This document shows positions 60,901 through 64,000 of a DNA stretch of 64,000 nt, one piece after another. A program made the translations under genes and the position numbers. The stretch is from Tubiluchus corallicola. Taxonomy: Eukaryota > Animalia > Priapulida. The notes beneath the pieces were generated by a model. It was given only the letters and a program-made list of their open reading frames with translations, ran no database searches and had not been told where the DNA came from. The stretch is from assembly GCA_030141605.1 (NCBI GenBank), contig JAQGDQ010002393.1, forward strand, positions 64,246 to 128,245. Reading direction: 5' to 3'. The first letter of the stretch is position 1, and the number at the start of each line of letters is the position of its first letter.

Positions 60901-62190
60901 CTAGCTCTTGACACCTTCAATCTTTTCTACTTTTCTCTCTGAAAATAGGACAAAAAAGATAGCTATTCCTAAAAATATTATAGACACAACATAGATAGAA
61001 GTAAAACCTAAGTTATTAAGTATACCAATACCTATAAGAGGTGCAAAAACTCCTCTCATACCTGTAAGTGATAGATGGATGGACTGATAGTCGTCCGCCT
61101 CATGAGGTTGCGAGAAATAAGAAGAACCAATGTTCCAAGCCAATATCATTGTAGAAGTAAATACAGCGTGAAAGAGAAAAGCAATGATAAGCATTGGAAA
61201 GACACTTACTCTGGAAATAACAAAATGATAGGGGAAATACTCTGTAAGAGCCGTGAATAGAAAGAATAAAAGCAATGAAGCAAAGGTAAAGGCTTGGAAA
61301 CGTCGAGGGTCTAATTTATCCAACAACTTACCGCAATAGGGTATTAAAAAAATGGCCATTACATTAGGCATATTCTTATAGAAAGCCAAAGTAGTATAAT
61401 TGAAGTTTAATACATCTTCGAAAAACCTACTAAGATAAGGGTAAGAAATCATCCATCCTATCCCGTAAATAATAAAGCCTATCTCATAATCACGAAAGGC
61501 TTTATTTTGCCTTATAATCTTAGTTACTCTTTGTATAGTTAGTCCTATGGACTTACGAAAACTTACCTTTGCCAATATCTCCGAAGGGGTATAATCTATG
61601 GTGGTAAGTATGTACATAGCAACAATGGATAGCACCGACATAATAGGATAGATATACCTAAATGCTCCGAAGTGAATATCAAAAACAATACCAATACCGA
61701 AAGAAGCAATAAGAATTATTAGTTTATTAACAGTGGTAGCGTAGCTATACAATTTACCAAAATTTTCTTTTCTGTAATTGTGTTTTAAAAGTACATTAAT
61801 AATAGGAAATAGAATAGGACGTGCTGCGAAAAAAATAAAGAAAATAATCAGAAACAAATAACTGTAAATAGAGTTTTCCTCTGCAATGTTTTTTGGGAAA
61901 AAGGCAACAAGAATAAGAGGCAGGCGTGTGATGAGCGCCATTTTACGTAAAAACTTTCGTTTGTATTTTACTCTTTTTACAATTTCGTTAGCAAAAATAG
62001 AGGGAAGCAGAATAACTATCATTGCTTGAAATAAAACACCAAGCTGAAAATTTGTTCCTTGTAAATTTTTTAGCAACACAAACTCATTGAAAACCATAAT
62101 GCCTTCTATCAAACCTTGAAAAACAGAGAACCAGCAATGAAGTAAAAAGGCTTTTTTTTCTTTGGAATTTAATTTATTTAATTTGAACAT
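60901..62190 (-). CDS. MFS-type membrane transporter, substrate unknown
   Basis: About 12 hydrophobic segments in two halves; GKLLDK, G.RG..AP. Confidence 0.75.
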   Translation of the reverse strand: MFKLNKLNSKEKKAFLLHCWFSVFQGLIEGIMVFNEFVLLKNLQGTNFQLGVLFQAMIVILLPSIFANEIVKRVKYKRKFLRKMALITRLPLILVAFFPKNIAEENSIYSYLFLIIFFIFFAARPILFPIINVLLKHNYRKENFGKLYSYATTVNKLIILIASFGIGIVFDIHFGAFRYIYPIMSVLSIVAMYILTTIDYTPSEILAKVSFRKSIGLTIQRVTKIIRQNKAFRDYEIGFIIYGIGWMISYPYLSRFFEDVLNFNYTTLAFYKNMPNVMAIFLIPYCGKLLDKLDPRRFQAFTFASLLLFFLFTALTEYFPYHFVISRVSVFPMLIIAFLFHAVFTSTMILAWNIGSSYFSQPHEADDYQSIHLSLTGMRGVFAPLIGIGILNNLGFTSIYVVSIIFLGIAIFFVLFSERKVEKIEGVKS

Positions 62191-62270
62191 AAGATAACAG
62201 AATGGCCAATGAAATTGTTTTCATACATTTGCACATTGATAACACAAACATACTACAATTAATTTACATA

Positions 62271-63314
62271 ATGTTAACTTCAAAAGGTACAGTGCTTGTT
62301 ATAATACTATTGTTTAGTATAGTTTTCTTGTTTTTTTTAAAGAGCAGTAAGAAGCCCAACAAAAAAATAAGAGTAGTATTCTACAATGTGGAAAATTTAT
62401 TTGACATACACAACGACTCACTTGTTTATGATAATGACTTTACCCCACAAGGCACAAAAAAATGGGATAGTCTTAAATACAATAAAAAGCTACAAAACAT
62501 CAGTCGTGTTATTGCTGATGTAGGAGAGGAGCATCCACCAGAATTTGTAGCTCTTGCAGAGGTTGAAAACAGAATAGTGTTAGAAGATCTTATTAACCAG
62601 CCTTTACTTAAAAAGTTGAATTACAAGGTAGTACATCAAGATTCACCTGACAAACGAGGCATAGATGTAGCTTTGCTTTATAACCCTAATGTTTTTCAAG
62701 TAGTATATACCAATGTTATCTCTATTAATTTTGTAGATGATACACTTGCTACTACTCGCGATATACTGCACGTAGAAGGTACTATAAATAATGACGACAC
62801 CTTGCATTTTTTTGTTAACCATTGGGTTTCTAAAAACAGAGCTAAAGAAAATTTCTTACGAAAGAGTAACTATACAGCACAAACTCTTAGAAATTACATA
62901 GAAGATAAATTACAAGCTACAAGCAAACTTATTGTATTAGGCGACTTCAATGCTCATCCGCAAGAAAAAAGTATAGAACAGATTCTACAAGCATATAGAG
63001 TACCTGCCAAATATAAAAAAATAAGGCCTGCACAGCTTTATAGCCTTGCCCACAATATAAGCCAAATGAGCTACAAGTATAAAAAAAACTGGTATAACTA
63101 CGATCAAATAATAGTTACAGGTAACCTATTAAATAAAAAAAATAAAACAATTGCAACCTCTTTACAACAACAGGTTTTTGTAGCTCCTTATCTTTTAGAA
63201 ACGGATAAAACCTATGGAGGCAAAAAACCTTACCGTACTTACTCAGGCAAAAAATATTTGGCAGGTTATTCCGATCATTTGCCTATATATATTGACTTGC
63301 GCGTTACGAAATAG
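62271..63314 (+). CDS. Endonuclease/exonuclease/phosphatase family secreted protein
   Basis: FYNVENLFD, AEVEN, D.RGIDVA, GDFN, DQI, YSDHLP. ATG 62271 is preferred because a TACATTTG -7 box lies at 62224-31. Confidence 0.9.
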   Translation: MLTSKGTVLVIILLFSIVFLFFLKSSKKPNKKIRVVFYNVENLFDIHNDSLVYDNDFTPQGTKKWDSLKYNKKLQNISRVIADVGEEHPPEFVALAEVENRIVLEDLINQPLLKKLNYKVVHQDSPDKRGIDVALLYNPNVFQVVYTNVISINFVDDTLATTRDILHVEGTINNDDTLHFFVNHWVSKNRAKENFLRKSNYTAQTLRNYIEDKLQATSKLIVLGDFNAHPQEKSIEQILQAYRVPAKYKKIRPAQLYSLAHNISQMSYKYKKNWYNYDQIIVTGNLLNKKNKTIATSLQQQVFVAPYLLETDKTYGGKKPYRTYSGKKYLAGYSDHLPIYIDLRVTK

Positions 63315-63410
63315 ATAGTGTAGAATTAAGTTTTAATGAATGTTCTTGTTTTTTGCAAAGAAGGACAAAAATGTTACTCTACGTTGTAGGTTAATTAAAT
63401 TCTGCATACT

Positions 63411-63710
63411 TTATTTTGTAATGTAAAGAATAGGCCAATTACGATCGCTCAGCCACTTCCAAGGATTATTATCATCTGTACCAAATTACCAGTCAGCAAA
63501 AACAGACTCATCGCTATTACCTATATCTATATAATCATTTTCTCCTCTTTTCTTCAAATTACTCCCTGAAGAAACATCTGTTCCACCAGCAGATATACCT
63601 TGTCCTGTGCTAAGTATATCCCAACAAAGACAGTAAGTATAGGTGTAGTCTGTGCTTATTTGTTGGACGGGTATGGCAGTACCTCTATTACAGATAAGTA
63701 AAGCTACACC
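63411..63710 (-). pseudogene. Remnant of a GLUG-repeat-type surface protein C-terminus
   Basis: Startless frame reads CWDILSTGQGISAGG...VFADW*FGTDDNNPWKW....WPILY, with an in-frame TAA at 63486-88. Confidence 0.5.
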
Positions 63711-64000
63711 TTACTATGAGCCTAAAAAAATTCTTTAAAGAAACTATCTTACTTGTAAAAAAAGTATATAATTTTGATAAACTTAAGAGAAAACAGCGAA
63801 AAACTTCTTTTAAAATATCTTAAAGAAAACAGAATGAAAAAACAGAAAATAAATAATATAAATTATTTTACTACCTTTTTCATATATATTGCCAAAATTA
63901 TTACTTTTGAATAGCAATAAAAGTTAGTTTAATTTAATAGAGTTAAATTTTAGTAAATTACAAGAACGGGGCTAATATATTATTGTCAAATTTAAAATTA

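Overview
This is an AT-rich Bacteroidota chromosomal segment, judged from a SusC/SusD pair, a T9SS cargo protein, gldB, a MurF-Alr fusion and many TAnnTTTG promoters. Positions 1-24.3 kb form an alpha-glucan (starch/maltose) utilisation locus: SusC (5'-truncated by the window), SusD, SusE-like, three GH13, GH31, MFS, beta-PGM, GH65 and LacI. A BlaI / frameshifted BlaR1-like M56 / outer-membrane beta-barrel cassette sits inside it. The rest is mostly housekeeping (gldB, ybdG-like, argC, thrABC, gyrB, rho, sigma70, rpe, nadABC, murF-alr, map, queE, apt), plus GT2 genes and a Cus-type metal efflux operon led by a Cys-rich small ORF. The most notable observations are: (i) ThrA has a catalytically eroded aspartokinase domain but intact ACT and homoserine dehydrogenase domains; (ii) decayed gene fragments absent from the ORF track lie in spacers, namely a DNA methyltransferase (thrA-thrB), a restriction endonuclease-like fragment (thrB-thrC), a CI-like HTH with operator repeats (next to gyrB) and a GLUG-type fragment near the end; (iii) the BlaR1-like sensor has an unrecognised C-terminal domain and is split by two single-A deletions; (iv) a candidate metal-sensing leader ORF precedes cusA. 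Family calls come from motif recognition by eye; no database searches were run. No tRNA, rRNA, CRISPR array or intact mobile element was seen.
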